Below, piece by piece: positions 52,394 through 63,704 of a stretch of 64,000 bases of DNA. The DNA lies in NCBI GenBank assembly GCA_965243205.1, contig CBDEUK010000002.1, positions 1,568,001 to 1,632,000 of the forward strand, in the 5' to 3' direction. Position 1 is the stretch's first letter, and the number at the start of each line of letters is the position of its first letter. The position numbers and the translations under genes are program-made. The notes under the pieces are model-generated. The model made no database searches. It was given only the letters and a program-made list of their open reading frames with translations, and had not been told where the DNA came from. The DNA is from Gammaproteobacteria bacterium. Its GTDB lineage: Bacteria > Pseudomonadota > Gammaproteobacteria > Eutrophobiales > Eutrophobiaceae.

Positions 52394-53956
52394 TCAATGC
52401 AGAAAATGACGCATACCAGTAAATACCATCGCCATACCATGCTCATCAGCCGCGGCTATCACTTCTTCATCTCGCATTGAGCCGCCCGGTTGTATCACCG
52501 CTTTAATACCAGCCTCTGCTGCGGAATCTATACCATCACGAAACGGAAAAAATGCATCGGACGCCATTACTGAACCACTGACGGTTAAGCCCTCATCCTT
52601 AGCCTTAATACCTGCTATTTTGGCACTATATACTCGGCTCATTTGCCCTGCGCCTATTCCGATTGTTTGTTTGTCCTTAGCATAAACAATAGCATTGGAC
52701 TTGACATGCTTCGCCACTCGCCAAGCAAACAATAGATCTTCCAGTTCAGTACTAGAAGGTTGGCGTTTCGTAACTACTTTTAGATCTTGAGCAGTAATCA
52801 CACCTATATCATTTTCTTGAATGAGTAATCCACCACTGACGCGTTTTAAATTCATCTGTTGATTTTGCTGACTTGCTTTACCTGTTACTAATACTCTTAC
52901 AGATTGTTTTGCTTTTAATGCCTCTATGGCTTGTTCAGAAATCATTGGCGCCACAATCACTTCAACAAACTGTTGTTCGATAATTTTTTCTGCCGTTGCT
53001 TGATCCAATGTTTGATTAAACGCAATGATTCCACCAAAAGCCGATGTTGGATCGGTTTGATACGCACTTAAATACGCCTCTAATGGTGTTTCACCCTCAG
53101 CGACACCACATGGATTAGCATGTTTTACTATCACGCAGGCAGTTGTATCAAACGCCTGTACACACGTTAAAGCTGCATCGGTATCAGCAATATTGTTGTA
53201 TGAAAGTGCTTTGCCTTGAACTTGAGTCGCATGAGCTAAGGTTCCAACAACAGGATTAGCTTCGCGATAAAAAGCCGCTGATTGATGTGGGTTTTCACCA
53301 TAGCGTAAATCTTGCAATTTATGAAACTGGCTACTGAAGGTTAAAGGAAATTGATTATGATTTGCTTCACTATCCAAACTACCAAGATAATTCGCGATTG
53401 TTGAATCGTAGTTTGCTGTGTGTGCAAAGGTTTTTTGCGCTAAATAAAAACGGGTTTTATCAGACAAAGTTGAATTATTGTTTTTTAACTCATTTAAAAT
53501 GGTTAAGTAATCTTGGTTATCAACTACGACACCTACATATTTATGATTCTTTGCAGAAGAGCGCAACATTGCAGGGCCACCGATATCGATATTTTCAATG
53601 GCATCTTCAAAACTGCAATCAGGTTTAGCAATCGTTTGTTCAAAGGGATACAAATTAACAACAACTAAACCAATAGGCTCAATGTCATTATCTTGCATTA
53701 CCTGTTGATCGATATCTAAACGACCTAATAATCCACCATGAATTTTAGGATGTAAGGTCTTAACGCGACCATCCATGATTTCAGGAAAACCAGTGTGCTC
53801 TGAAACTTCTGTAACCGATATATTATTTTCAGCTAATAACTTTGCCGTACCACCCGTCGATAAAATGCTAATGCCTAATTTCGCCAAGCCTTGGCAAAAT
53901 TCGACCACACCCGTTTTATCGGAAACACTGACTAATGCGCGCTTAATGGTATGCAC
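52394..53956 (-). CDS. purH: AICAR transformylase/IMP cyclohydrolase
   Basis: [38 protein letters not shown]. Confidence 0.98.
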   Translation of the reverse strand: MHTIKRALVSVSDKTGVVEFCQGLAKLGISILSTGGTAKLLAENNISVTEVSEHTGFPEIMDGRVKTLHPKIHGGLLGRLDIDQQVMQDNDIEPIGLVVVNLYPFEQTIAKPDCSFEDAIENIDIGGPAMLRSSAKNHKYVGVVVDNQDYLTILNELKNNNSTLSDKTRFYLAQKTFAHTANYDSTIANYLGSLDSEANHNQFPLTFSSQFHKLQDLRYGENPHQSAAFYREANPVVGTLAHATQVQGKALSYNNIADTDAALTCVQAFDTTACVIVKHANPCGVAEGETPLEAYLSAYQTDPTSAFGGIIAFNQTLDQATAEKIIEQQFVEVIVAPMISEQAIEALKAKQSVRVLVTGKASQQNQQMNLKRVSGGLLIQENDIGVITAQDLKVVTKRQPSSTELEDLLFAWRVAKHVKSNAIVYAKDKQTIGIGAGQMSRVYSAKIAGIKAKDEGLTVSGSVMASDAFFPFRDGIDSAAEAGIKAVIQPGGSMRDEEVIAAADEHGMAMVFTGMRHFLH

Positions 53957-54002
53957 AGTGATTAACTATACAAAAAATATTGATTGGTTATTTCTAAAAA
54001 TA

Positions 54003-54290
54003 TTACGCCTTTTCCAGGCCATATTTCTTTAAGCGTGTTCGCAGAGTTCCTCGGTTTAAACCGAGAACCTTTGACGCTTTGGTCATGTTACCGCGAGTAT
54101 GCCTCATCACAGCTTCCATTAACGGCTTTTCAACTTGGCTTAATACCAAGTCATATAGGTTTGAAGTTTCATGCTCCCCAAGATCATTGAAATAATTTTC
54201 CAACGCATCACGTACGCAATCACTGATTGGCTGTTTCGCCATTGAATGATTCGGTATTGAATCAGGATCAATTGTATTATTCGATGTCAT
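54003..54290 (-). CDS. fis: Fis family transcriptional regulator
   Basis: LYDLVLSQVEKPL, LGLNRGTLR, dusB-fis-purH synteny. Confidence 0.93.
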   Translation of the reverse strand: MTSNNTIDPDSIPNHSMAKQPISDCVRDALENYFNDLGEHETSNLYDLVLSQVEKPLMEAVMRHTRGNMTKASKVLGLNRGTLRTRLKKYGLEKA

Positions 54291-55270
54291 GCTGCTAATT
54301 CTTGTTTTAATGTGCTTCGAAAAAAATTGGTAATTATACGAGTTTGTTCTTCCGTCGTTTCTGCTTTGTTCACCATTGCAGTGAAAGCCTTACTATCCTT
54401 CAAGCTTTTACAATACCAGTTAATGTGCTTTCGCGCTATACGAATTCCACTATATTCTCCGTAAAATTCATATAAATTTTTTATATGATTTAATAAAGTG
54501 TTGAGTCTTTCTTCAACAGATGGTAACGCCAACTTTTCACCCGTTTTAAGATAATGATGGATCTCACGGAATATCCAAGGGTTTCCTTGTGCAGCTCTAC
54601 CAATCATTAAGCCATCAACGTTTGTTGTTGACAAAACACTCTTGGCTTGTTCAACCGTAGTGATATCACCATTAGCGATAACAGGGATATTTATTTGTGA
54701 TTTTATTTCAGCAACAGTGTTATGTTCAGCATGGCCTTTAAAGGCACAGGCTCTAGTTCGACCATGAACAGTAAGCGCTTGTATACCACTAGCTTCAGCA
54801 ATTTTTGCAATGCTTAATGCATTTTTATTCTCTGTGTTCCAACCTGTACGAATTTTTAAAGTAACGGGAACATCAACAGCTGTTACAACGGCACTCAAAA
54901 TATCCTTAACCAAAGTTTCATTTTGCATCAATGCAGAGCCCGCCATCACATTACATACCTTCTTAGCAGGACAACCCATATTGATATCAATGATTTGTGC
55001 ACCATGTTCAACATTAAACTTGGCGGCTTCTGCCATCATATAGGGATCTGCACCAGCGATTTGTACAGAAATTGGATCTGGCTCACCGGAATGATCCATT
55101 CGTAGCTGCGTTTTTTTAGAATTCCATAATTCAGGTTTCGAAGTCACCATTTCTGAAACCGTCATGCCTGCACCCAGTTGACGACACAATATACGAAATG
55201 GTCTATCTGTTACGCCAGCCATCGGCGCCAGAATTAAATTGTTAGGAAGTGTATATGGCCCAATATTCAT
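54287..55270 (-). CDS. dusB: tRNA dihydrouridine synthase B
   Basis: LAPMAGVTDRPFR, DINMGCPAKKV, HGRTR, NGDI. Confidence 0.96.
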   Translation of the reverse strand: MNIGPYTLPNNLILAPMAGVTDRPFRILCRQLGAGMTVSEMVTSKPELWNSKKTQLRMDHSGEPDPISVQIAGADPYMMAEAAKFNVEHGAQIIDINMGCPAKKVCNVMAGSALMQNETLVKDILSAVVTAVDVPVTLKIRTGWNTENKNALSIAKIAEASGIQALTVHGRTRACAFKGHAEHNTVAEIKSQINIPVIANGDITTVEQAKSVLSTTNVDGLMIGRAAQGNPWIFREIHHYLKTGEKLALPSVEERLNTLLNHIKNLYEFYGEYSGIRIARKHINWYCKSLKDSKAFTAMVNKAETTEEQTRIITNFFRSTLKQELAA

Positions 55271-55358
55271 TTTATCTTCTGACCCTAATCAGTAGGGTCG
55301 AAGATAATAATCCTAATATTTAACAAAATAAATACAGAAATAAAAATATTTAACTCAT

Positions 55359-56750
55359 CTAGTCAGGATGTGGAATACGATTATAAGCATCAAGTGCAGC
55401 TACTTTATAAGCTTCAGCTAGAGTTGGATAATTAAAAACCGTTTGCACAAAATAATCTAAAGTACCCCCCAAAGATAAAACGGCTTGTCCAATATGAATT
55501 AGCTCGGTTGAGCCTTCGCCAACGATATGTACACCTAATAATTTTCTATCCTCTAGGCTAAATAACATTTTTAAAACACCTTCACGCAATCCTAGAATTT
55601 GTCCGCGTGCGGTTTCACGAATACGGGCAACACCAACTTCATAGGCAACCCCTTTCGCCTTGGCTTCTTGTTCAGTCATGCCGACCATACTCATTTCAGG
55701 AACTGAATAAATGCCAATAGGAAAAAATTCAACATTGCTCTCTGCTTTTGCATTAAACGCATGACAAGCGGCATGTCGACCTTGCTCCATTGATGTAGAA
55801 GCAAGTGAAGGAAAGCCAATCACATCACCAGCAGCATAGATATGCTCAACTTCAGTTTGATAATGTTCATTCACCGTGATGCGACCTCTTGAATCCGTTT
55901 CTAAGCCAACTGCTTCCAATCCTAGATGTTGAGTGCAACCCTGACGTCCTGCTGCAAATAGAGCTAAGTCAGCAACTACTTGCTTACCTGAAGCCATTTT
56001 TACTCTTGCCTTGCCATTGACCGATTCAATCTCGGTCACTTCTTCACCAAGCCGAACATTCACATCACGATCACGTAAGTTATAGATAAATTCATCGATG
56101 ATCTCTTTGTCCATAAAGTCCATCATACTGTCACGACCATCTAATAATGTAGTTTGAATATCAAGAGCATTAAAAATAGAAGCATACTCAGCTCCAATCA
56201 CTCCAGCTCCAACTACGATTAAGCTTCTCGGTAAGTTATCGACTTCTAATATATGATCACTGTCGATAATCGTTTTGCCATCGAACGGAATATGATCCGG
56301 ATGTGCTGGTGTCGTACCTGTAGCAATAAGGAATTTATCCGCGGAAATTCTTGATACTTCATCCGCTTCAGTGGTCAGCAATAATGTGTTTGAGTCGACA
56401 AATTTTGCAGTTCCAGCCAATACATCAACTCGATTACGGTAGAGTTGGTGTTGTAAAACCTCGACTTGTTGACGAATGGTCATATTTAAGCGCTGGGTTA
56501 AATCTTCGGCGGTGATGTTTTCTTTGACGCGATATGAACGTCCATAAAACCCTCGCTGCCGCCAACCACTTAAATAAAGAACCGCTTCTCGTAAAGTTTT
56601 ACTCGGGATAGTTCCACTGTGGAGAGAAACACCCCCTATGACAAGGTTTTTATCAATAATTACCGTTTTTTTACCCAATTTAGCGGCTTGTACTGCTGCA
56701 CGCTGTCCTGCAGGACCACTACCGATTACGGCCAAATCATATTGTTTCAT
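55359..56750 (-). CDS. sthA: Soluble (Si-specific) pyridine nucleotide transhydrogenase
   Basis: GSGPAG, GTIPSKTLRE, LASTSMEQGR, FNYPTLAEAYKVAA. Confidence 0.94.
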   Translation of the reverse strand: MKQYDLAVIGSGPAGQRAAVQAAKLGKKTVIIDKNLVIGGVSLHSGTIPSKTLREAVLYLSGWRQRGFYGRSYRVKENITAEDLTQRLNMTIRQQVEVLQHQLYRNRVDVLAGTAKFVDSNTLLLTTEADEVSRISADKFLIATGTTPAHPDHIPFDGKTIIDSDHILEVDNLPRSLIVVGAGVIGAEYASIFNALDIQTTLLDGRDSMMDFMDKEIIDEFIYNLRDRDVNVRLGEEVTEIESVNGKARVKMASGKQVVADLALFAAGRQGCTQHLGLEAVGLETDSRGRITVNEHYQTEVEHIYAAGDVIGFPSLASTSMEQGRHAACHAFNAKAESNVEFFPIGIYSVPEMSMVGMTEQEAKAKGVAYEVGVARIRETARGQILGLREGVLKMLFSLEDRKLLGVHIVGEGSTELIHIGQAVLSLGGTLDYFVQTVFNYPTLAEAYKVAALDAYNRIPHPD

Positions 56751-56879
56751 ACTATCCTCGTCACAGAATGCCATTAAACAGAAATATGGAAAGATACTTG
56801 CTAAAGTTATCGTATATAAACTTATTCACTTTAAAGAAATCCAATACCACATTAATAACAAGCAATCGTTTTTATTTTC

Positions 56880-57824
56880 ATGAATCAAATCGAACAAATT
56901 TCTCTCGCTGATAGTATTTCACTGCTAGATTCTGCCATTGAGCAATTGAATCAAATCATTTTAGGCAAAGACCAAGCGATACGTTTAGCTATGACTTGCT
57001 TAATTGCCAATGGCCACTTACTCATTGAAGATTTACCAGGTGTCGGCAAAACTACTCTCGCGCATAGTTTGGCTAAAATAATTGGACTTAAGTATCAACG
57101 CGTTCAATTTACCAGCGATTTATTACCCGCCGATATCATCGGCGTTTCTATTTATAGTCGAGAGCAAGAACTATTCCATTTTCATCCTGGACCAATTTTC
57201 AGTGAAGTTTTCTTAGCCGATGAAATCAATCGCGCCACACCAAGAACACAAAGCGCCTTGCTCGAAGCAATGGAAGAAAACCAGGTCAGTGTAGAAAACG
57301 AAACACATAAACTTCCTAAACCATTTTTTGTTATTGCAACTCAGAACCCGAGCGAACAAATTGGCACCTTTGCATTACCTGAATCGCAGTTGGATCGATT
57401 TCTTATGCGAATATCGCTAGGTTATCCAGACTATAAAGCCGAACGCGATTTATTGATGGGAAAAGATAGAAGAGAAATAATCGATCATTTAAAACCATCC
57501 ATTAACCCTCTGCATTTAAAAGCAATCCAATCGCAAGTGGAAGACATACATTGTTCTGCAGCTTTAGTGGATTATGTACAAGATTTAATTGCCCATAGTC
57601 GAAACATGGAACAAACCGCAAATGGCTTATCTCCTCGGGCAGGCATATCACTTATACGTTGTGCTAAAGCCTGGGCATTACTACATGGTAATGATCATGT
57701 ATTACCAGAACATGTACAGGCAATATTTCCTTCAGTAACGAATCATCGTTTGGGTAATAAATATCAAATCGATCAAGATGATTCGATTGCAGCTGAAATC
57801 TTAAAACAAGTAGCAATACCATAA
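56880..57824 (+). CDS. MoxR family AAA+ ATPase
   Basis: EDLPGVGKT, RVQFTSDLLPAD, DEINRA, ATQNP, LDRF. Confidence 0.95.
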   Translation: MNQIEQISLADSISLLDSAIEQLNQIILGKDQAIRLAMTCLIANGHLLIEDLPGVGKTTLAHSLAKIIGLKYQRVQFTSDLLPADIIGVSIYSREQELFHFHPGPIFSEVFLADEINRATPRTQSALLEAMEENQVSVENETHKLPKPFFVIATQNPSEQIGTFALPESQLDRFLMRISLGYPDYKAERDLLMGKDRREIIDHLKPSINPLHLKAIQSQVEDIHCSAALVDYVQDLIAHSRNMEQTANGLSPRAGISLIRCAKAWALLHGNDHVLPEHVQAIFPSVTNHRLGNKYQIDQDDSIAAEILKQVAIP

Positions 57825-57829
57825 GCTAA

Positions 57830-58804
57830 ATGACTAACAGTATTTTACTTGAACGCAGATTTACTCTAAACGGTGTTCAAGACTTCAAAGAAATACAGCG
57901 CCGTAGAATTTTTATTCTACCAACCCGGAATGGTATTTTATTTGGTTCTATGCTCTTAGTATTATTAATTGGCGCCATTAATTATGATAATAATTTAGCT
58001 TATTCATTAACGTTTTTATTAAGCAGTCTAACATTGGTTGCGATTTTTTATACCTATAAAAATCTGGCCGGTTTAATTATTACTCCAACAGAACCTAAGC
58101 CTGTCTTCTTAGGCGAAACTATACGCTTTCCTTTTAAAACTGATAATCTTTTTCAAGAACATCGCTACTCGATCATTACTAAAAACCAAATCAAATCCGA
58201 TCGTTGGTTTAGACTTGCAAAAACAATCAGCGTTAATAAACCAGTCGACATCAGGAAAAACAGTGTAAGCATTTTATTTATTGAACAAGACTCCACTCGA
58301 CGAGGCATAGAAACACTCAATCGTTTAAAACTTTCCACTATATTTCCTCTGGGTTTATTTGAAGCATGGTCTTTTTATGATTTTAATGAATCATGCATTG
58401 TCTACCCAAGAGCAGAAGGAGATTTACCTTTTCCAGTTGAATTTTTAAACGATCTTGATGGCAGTATTAAAACCAAAGAAGGAAACGATGATTTCATTGG
58501 CACTAGAAAGTATCGTTCTGGTGACCCTAGTAAAAGAATAGACTGGAAAGCATATGCACGCGAGCGGGGTTTACATAGAAAATTGTATGAGGGTCAATCG
58601 AATTGCGAATTGATTTTTAACCTACAACAAGTAGCAGAATTAAATGATATTGAAAAGGGCTTGTCTCAATTATGTAAATGGTTAATAGAGGCTGATGCCA
58701 ATCAATATAAATATGGTTTGCAATTAAATAATCAATTGATTGAGCCTAATCAGGGCTATAAACACCTTCACCAATGCTTACGTTGTTTGGCTTTATATGC
58801 TTAA
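57830..58804 (+). CDS. DUF58 domain protein
   Basis: IFILPTRNG, INYDNN, FPLGLF, RKYRSGD...IDWKAYAR. Confidence 0.9.
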   Translation: MTNSILLERRFTLNGVQDFKEIQRRRIFILPTRNGILFGSMLLVLLIGAINYDNNLAYSLTFLLSSLTLVAIFYTYKNLAGLIITPTEPKPVFLGETIRFPFKTDNLFQEHRYSIITKNQIKSDRWFRLAKTISVNKPVDIRKNSVSILFIEQDSTRRGIETLNRLKLSTIFPLGLFEAWSFYDFNESCIVYPRAEGDLPFPVEFLNDLDGSIKTKEGNDDFIGTRKYRSGDPSKRIDWKAYARERGLHRKLYEGQSNCELIFNLQQVAELNDIEKGLSQLCKWLIEADANQYKYGLQLNNQLIEPNQGYKHLHQCLRCLALYA

Positions 58805-60809
58805 TACTGACTCTAAACGATTATTAGATTCTTATGAGCTATTTTGGATTGCCGTTTCTGTAGTCTTCGTTGTAACACCGCATATATTACGAGTACCTAT
58901 TTGGATTAGTATCACTTTTTTTACCTTAATGATCTGGCGATTAACAGGCAGTATTTTCAGTTGGTCTCTACCTAAAAAGAATCATTGGTGGTTTCGAATT
59001 GCTGTTAGCTTATTGGCCTTCGCTTGTTTATTCGGTATTTTCATCAGCTATCATAATATCGTTGGACGTGACCCTGGAGTTGCATTACTGGTAGTCTTGG
59101 CTTCATTTAAATTATTGGAAGCACGAACCGAACGTGATGCCTATATCTTAATTTGTGTTGGCTATATATTAATCATCACTAATTTCTTTTTTGATGAATC
59201 CATATTCATTGCAATTTTTATGTTAATCGCAACAACTATATTAACGTCTTGTTTTATTGTGCTAAATGATCGTAATCGAAATTTATCAACTAAAAAAACA
59301 CTACAATTATCATCATCGTTATTATTATTCTCCATCCCAGTAATGATCGTTTTATTTGTTTTTTTTCCACGTGTTGCAGGGCCGCTTTGGAAAATGCCTC
59401 AAGATACCCATTCAGCAAAAACTGGTATTAGCGATAAAATGTCGCCTGGATCGATTAGTCGCTTATCACAATCAAATGCACTAGCGTTTCGTATCGAATT
59501 TTTGGATGGGATCCCTAGTAATGAAAACTTATACTGGCGTGGCCCTGTACTATGGCACACAGATGGACGAACTTGGTCTCGTGATCAAGCTATTGCAAAA
59601 TCAAAAATGGTAAACGACTTAAAATCTGAAAAAATTACAAATTACTACATTACATTAGAAGCTACAAATAAACCCTGGTTATATGCTTTAGATACGGTTG
59701 TAAAATCCAATTCAGGTATTATTACTCAAGATGCTCAACTGATAACATCCAAACCGATTTTAAAACGAAAACGCTATAGAGCTAGCTCATCAACGCAACT
59801 TAGTATTGTTGAAACCAACGAGGAAATGTTAAATAAAGCGCTACAGCTACCTGAAAAAAGTCATCCCAAAACCAAAGCACTTGCTAATTCATGGATAGAA
59901 ACTGGCTTGAGTAAAAAACAAATTATCAATCGTGCTTTATCCATATTTTCTGAACAAGCTTTTTATTACACCTTACAACCACCTTTACTAAATCAAGATC
60001 CGGTCGATGAATTTTTATTTGATACCAAACAAGGTTTCTGTGAACACTACGCTTCTGCGTTTGTTGTCTTAATGCGTGCGGCTGGAATCCCAGCGCGAAT
60101 AGTGACTGGCTATCAAGGAGCGACAAAAAACCCAATGGGCAATCATTACAATGTTTATCAACGCGATGCCCATGCCTGGGCCGAAGTCTATTTTTCAGAA
60201 CAAGGTTGGATAAGAATTGATCCAACTTCCGCTGTTGCTCCAGAACGAGTAATGCAAGGAATTGAAGAAACGTTTCCTGATGCATTAAACGATGGCCTCT
60301 TTACATTCGATGAAAATTCACTTACCAACAATTTATTACGTAGATTTCGCTATAGTTGGGACATGGTTAATTATCGTTGGAATACTTGGGTCTTAAGTTA
60401 TAACGATGAACGGCAATTACAATTACTTAATCAATTGGGTATTAAAGAATTTAATCTAAATGCGCTGATTACATTGATTGGAGGGTTGTTTCTAGGTTTA
60501 ATCATCACATTAATGTTTATTGCCTTATTTTTATTTCGCAGCTCATTATCTCATGCTGATGCTGCTTCAAAATATTATTATTTATTTTGTCAAAAAATAT
60601 CAAAGCTTGGTTTTACTAAACTTAATAACGAAGGACCTCATGATTTTTCAGAAAGAATTAAAAAACAACTTCCCGAGCTTAGTAATGTACTTGATGAAAT
60701 CACATTACTTTACACAAATATTCGTTATAACTCAGATGAGACCAATCTTTCTTTATTAAAACAAAAAGTAAAACAATTTAACCCTAATTCGATAGTAAAA
60801 CTGGCATAA
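58797..60809 (+). CDS. DUF3488/transglutaminase-like membrane protein (TgpA-like)
   Basis: Multi-TM N-terminus, LYWRG, catalytic GFCEHYA, HAWAEV, DPT. Confidence 0.92.
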   Translation: MLNTDSKRLLDSYELFWIAVSVVFVVTPHILRVPIWISITFFTLMIWRLTGSIFSWSLPKKNHWWFRIAVSLLAFACLFGIFISYHNIVGRDPGVALLVVLASFKLLEARTERDAYILICVGYILIITNFFFDESIFIAIFMLIATTILTSCFIVLNDRNRNLSTKKTLQLSSSLLLFSIPVMIVLFVFFPRVAGPLWKMPQDTHSAKTGISDKMSPGSISRLSQSNALAFRIEFLDGIPSNENLYWRGPVLWHTDGRTWSRDQAIAKSKMVNDLKSEKITNYYITLEATNKPWLYALDTVVKSNSGIITQDAQLITSKPILKRKRYRASSSTQLSIVETNEEMLNKALQLPEKSHPKTKALANSWIETGLSKKQIINRALSIFSEQAFYYTLQPPLLNQDPVDEFLFDTKQGFCEHYASAFVVLMRAAGIPARIVTGYQGATKNPMGNHYNVYQRDAHAWAEVYFSEQGWIRIDPTSAVAPERVMQGIEETFPDALNDGLFTFDENSLTNNLLRRFRYSWDMVNYRWNTWVLSYNDERQLQLLNQLGIKEFNLNALITLIGGLFLGLIITLMFIALFLFRSSLSHADAASKYYYLFCQKISKLGFTKLNNEGPHDFSERIKKQLPELSNVLDEITLLYTNIRYNSDETNLSLLKQKVKQFNPNSIVKLA

Positions 60810-60813
60810 AACA

Positions 60814-61776
60814 ATGAACGAAAATACTCTTTCGACATTACAATCGAATAACCTACTTAAAAATTGCAGTGAACAAGAACTAAAATTACTAACTGAACAG
60901 TTTCCAACTGTCTCTATTCCAGGTGGTGGAATTCTATGTCAAGCTGGTGAAAAAAATCATAACTTATACTTAATTTTATCAGGTCGATTGAGAATTCATT
61001 TAGCAAATGATCGTACTAACCCCGTAGCAGTATTAGAGGCAGGAGAAAGTATTGGCGAAATTACGATTATTGATAAACAACCTTCATCAGCAACCATTAT
61101 TGCGGACTGTGACACAGATGTTCTTTTAATCACAGAATATCAAGCTTGGCATTTATTTGAAACACATCCAGTTATCGCGGTCAACCTATTACAATTACTC
61201 TCTAAACGATTGCAACAAGGCAATTCAATGTTTGGAAAGATAAAAGAACTTATGCGCGAATATGAATATAGCGCGATGGTCGATCCATTAACTAATCTAT
61301 ACAATCGTCGTTGGATGGATAATATGTTCCCAAGGATTATGCAACGAAGTTTATCAGCTCAACACAGTCTTGGAGCGATCATGCTTGATATTGATTACTT
61401 CAAAAAGTTTAACGATACACATGGCCATCTAGCAGGCGACCATGCATTACGCATTATTTCACACACTATTAGTCTTAATGTTCGCCCAGAAGATTTTGTT
61501 ATTCGTTATGGTGGTGAAGAGTTTTTTTTGTTACTACCAAACCAAAACTTAAATGCAACCCAAATAATTGCTGAACGTTTACGAGAAGCTATAAAAACTA
61601 CTGAAATCACTCAACTCAACGGCAATAGATTACCAAATCTTACAGCTTCAATAGGCATTAGTGAATTAATAGCAGACGATACAACAAAGACTTTTATTGA
61701 TCGAGCTGATAAAGCTTTATACAAAGCCAAGAACTCGGGTCGAGATCAGGTAAGCAATAGTATTCAGCCGTTTTAA
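60814..61776 (+). CDS. Diguanylate cyclase with cNMP-binding-like N-domain
   Basis: CRP-like domain (LILSG, GESIGE), DPLT, DIDYFK, RPED I-site, GGEEF. Confidence 0.92.
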   Translation: MNENTLSTLQSNNLLKNCSEQELKLLTEQFPTVSIPGGGILCQAGEKNHNLYLILSGRLRIHLANDRTNPVAVLEAGESIGEITIIDKQPSSATIIADCDTDVLLITEYQAWHLFETHPVIAVNLLQLLSKRLQQGNSMFGKIKELMREYEYSAMVDPLTNLYNRRWMDNMFPRIMQRSLSAQHSLGAIMLDIDYFKKFNDTHGHLAGDHALRIISHTISLNVRPEDFVIRYGGEEFFLLLPNQNLNATQIIAERLREAIKTTEITQLNGNRLPNLTASIGISELIADDTTKTFIDRADKALYKAKNSGRDQVSNSIQPF

Positions 61777-63533
61777 TTTTCGGCTTGATGTTTAAATTGT
61801 ATTTTATGCATTTGCGCATAGACCCCTTCCTTGTCCAATAACTCTTTATGTGTACCAATCTCAACAATTTTTCCAGAATCCAAGACGACAACTCTATCCG
61901 CATTTTCAATGGTTGATAAACGATGTGCTATCACAATACATGTACGTCCTTTACGAGCCTCTTCTAATGCTAGTTGAATATGCCTTTCGGAAACACTATC
62001 TAATGCGGATGTTGCTTCATCCAAAATTAATATCGGTGCATCTTTTAAAAGAGCCCGAGCAATCGCCAAACGTTGCTGTTGTCCCCCTGATAAACGTACA
62101 CCGCCACTACCAATCACAGTATCAAGTTTATTGGGTAATTCATTAATGAAATCATTCGCATGTGCCGCCTTTATTACTTCGTAAAAAGTTTGATCATCCA
62201 CATCTTTCACTGAGCCTAATGCAATATTTTTTCTTACTGTGTCATTAAATAAAAAAACATCTTGGCTTACTAACGCGACGTTAGCTCTTAACTTATCGAG
62301 AGACATTGAATAGAGGTCCTCTCCATCGATAAATACCATATCTTTTTTAACTTGGTAAAAACCCGCTAATAAACTTATCAATGTTGACTTTCCAGCACCC
62401 GAAGAACCTACCAAAGCAATTGTCTCTCCTGCTTTAACATCTAAAGAAATTCCATTTAACGAAACCCTATCACTATCAGGATAATAAAACTCAAGTGATT
62501 GTATTTTTATATTCCCTTTCAAGCGCTCAGGTTTAACTCTGGAATTAAACGTTACATCTTCAATAGGTTCATCAAGCATACTAAAAACACTTTCCGCAGC
62601 CGCCAAACCTTTCTGAATATATTCATTCACAGCAACTAAACGTTTCAATGGGCCTAATAACATCGCCATAGCACCAACAAACGACATAAACTCACCAACA
62701 CTTAAATTCCCTTCCAACGCACGTTGTGTCGCTACATAAATAATGATGGAAAGGAAAATCGCTACTATCACTTGAACTGCGGGGCTGCTTACTACAGCAG
62801 CCATGCTAAATTTCATTGCAGAAGCGTAGTTCTGCTTAATAATTTTATAGAATTGATGTTGTTTATTTTCGTAATCCGCATTTAATTTTATTAAACGAAT
62901 ACCTGCAATACTTTCTTGAAGGGAATGATTAATATCACTCATAGAATCCTGAACCCGGCGACTCATTTTACGTAACCGTTTTTTAATAATGGTTACTACT
63001 GCAACAATAAATGGCGCACTAACCAAAGCTATCAAGGCTAGCTGCCAATCCATATAGAGCATCCAACAGACCAAACCAATCACGGCTAAAGTATCTCGAA
63101 TCAATACGGTTAATGCGGCCGTGCAAGCATCCTTAACCTGAATCACATCAAACGTAAATTTTGATACCAAAGAGCCTGAAGTATGTGAATCAAAAAACCG
63201 TATAGGACATGCAATGATTCTTTCATACATTTGCTCTCTTAAGTCCAAAATCACTTTGTTGGCAACTGCATGTAAGGCAGCTCCGCTGATGTAAGCAGCA
63301 ACCCCTTTAATCACAAATAACCCGACAAACAACAATGGCATGACCTTGATTAACCAAGGATCTTGTTCAATGAAAGCACCATCTAACATTGGTTGGAGTA
63401 ACGCCGGTACCGCTGGTTCAGTAATGGCAAAAATAACCATCCCAGTAATTGCAATTGCGAATAAATGCCAGTGCGGCTTAACGTATTGGAGCAGTCTTAG
63501 ATATAGCTTTTTATCCTGCTGGATATCTTGCAT
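61773..63533 (-). CDS. msbA: Lipid A export ABC transporter MsbA
   Basis: ABC TM domain, GSSGAGKST, LSGGQQQR, ILDEATSALD, LLGPLKRL. Confidence 0.88.
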   Translation of the reverse strand: MQDIQQDKKLYLRLLQYVKPHWHLFAIAITGMVIFAITEPAVPALLQPMLDGAFIEQDPWLIKVMPLLFVGLFVIKGVAAYISGAALHAVANKVILDLREQMYERIIACPIRFFDSHTSGSLVSKFTFDVIQVKDACTAALTVLIRDTLAVIGLVCWMLYMDWQLALIALVSAPFIVAVVTIIKKRLRKMSRRVQDSMSDINHSLQESIAGIRLIKLNADYENKQHQFYKIIKQNYASAMKFSMAAVVSSPAVQVIVAIFLSIIIYVATQRALEGNLSVGEFMSFVGAMAMLLGPLKRLVAVNEYIQKGLAAAESVFSMLDEPIEDVTFNSRVKPERLKGNIKIQSLEFYYPDSDRVSLNGISLDVKAGETIALVGSSGAGKSTLISLLAGFYQVKKDMVFIDGEDLYSMSLDKLRANVALVSQDVFLFNDTVRKNIALGSVKDVDDQTFYEVIKAAHANDFINELPNKLDTVIGSGGVRLSGGQQQRLAIARALLKDAPILILDEATSALDSVSERHIQLALEEARKGRTCIVIAHRLSTIENADRVVVLDSGKIVEIGTHKELLDKEGVYAQMHKIQFKHQAEN

Positions 63534-63704
63534 AGAATATGTTGTTGAATAAATGATTGTTAATCCTCAAAGAGTACATTGAATTTAATGCTAAACCAAT
63601 GTTAAATGCTTGCAAAAATTGAGAACTGTCTCGGCCAATACACTGTTTTACGTATATTATTTATGAACTAATGCTAACAAGATGATACCCGACGGAAACG
63701 ATAT

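Noticed and set aside
63585-63610. CbbR-like TNA-N7-TNA motif upstream of prk
   Set aside because: The motif is too degenerate for AT-rich DNA and there is no cbbR in the window.
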